Below are positions 35,022 to 64,000 of a stretch of 64,000 nt of DNA, one piece after another. The DNA lies in assembly GCA_002269645.1 (NCBI GenBank), contig NIVC01001036.1:310001-374000 (forward strand), written 5' to 3'. Position numbers and translations under genes: made by a program. The notes under the pieces were generated by a model, which was not told the DNA's origin, made no database searches, and saw nothing but the letters and a program-made list of their open reading frames with translations. Source of the DNA: Macrostomum lignano (taxonomy: Eukaryota). Position 1 is the stretch's first letter; every line of letters begins with the position of its first letter.

Positions 35022-35376
35022 TGTACGATCGTCAATAGGTGTACGATCGTCAATAGGTGTACGATCGTCAATAGGTGTACGATCGTCAATAGGTGTACGA
35101 TCGTCAATAGGTGTACGATCGTCAATAGGTGTACGATCGTCAATAGGTGTACGATCGTCAATAGGTGTACGATCGTCAATAGGTGTACGATCGTCAATAG
35201 GTGTACAATCGTCAATAGGTGTACGATCGTCAATAGGTGTACGATCGTCAATAGGTGTACGATCGTCAATAGGTGTACGATCGTCAATAGGTGTACGATC
35301 GTCAATAGGTGTACGATCGTCAATAGGTGTACGATCGTCAATAGGTGTACGATCGTCAATAGGTGTACGATCGTCA
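35022..35376. repeat. 18-bp minisatellite TGTACGATCGTCAATAGG, ~19.7 near-perfect copies
   Basis: Directly visible; a unit length divisible by 3 explains the long ORFs on both strands. Confidence 0.98.
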
Positions 35377-35617
35377 GGCTGCATGCATTATTAGTTTTGT
35401 AAACAACAAGTCTTTTTACTATAGCTTATATGTTTCTTAAAATATTGCAGCGAACTTTTAGCCTTTCTCTCTGGTGCACACGTGTAATTAAATGTACATA
35501 TTGTCAGAAACTTGATTCTACCCGAAAACAAAATAGTGAACAATATTCTACGAGTATATTTAGATGCACGATTACAATTTACACGATTACGATTTCATTA
35601 AAATCGATTATGTTTAT

Positions 35618-64000
<28,383 letters not shown>

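Overview
Eukaryotic (metazoan invertebrate) genomic DNA, not prokaryotic. GC-rich, Ala-rich exons and minisatellite-filled introns are reminiscent of a flatworm such as Macrostomum, but this is unverified. The left 35 kb holds two complete spliced minus-strand genes that I assembled by hand with GT-AG junctions and consistent phases. One is a G-protein alpha-q subunit (5 exons, 19135->8143, 358 aa). The other is a DTHD1-like coiled-coil/ZU5-ZU5-UPA-death-domain protein (10 exons, 33229->21701, 892 aa). Nearly every large intron contains its own tandem repeat. Also present: the 3' end of a Tc1/mariner element, a 5'-truncated RNase H-bearing LINE, a CORE-type SINE, a MITE with an 8-bp TSD, a 64-nt 28S rRNA-like fragment and a multi-kb CpG-free zone in Gaq intron 1. 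The right 28 kb (35618 to window end) is non-coding. It is an uninterrupted head-to-tail array of at least 14 related but heterogeneous elements with Helentron/DINE-1-like termini. Most units carry a short internal (TTAGGG)2-3 tract at a fixed position, and the array includes a ~7.11-kb near-identical tandem duplication. This array is the most unusual structure. Most ORFs in the supplied track are repeat artefacts.
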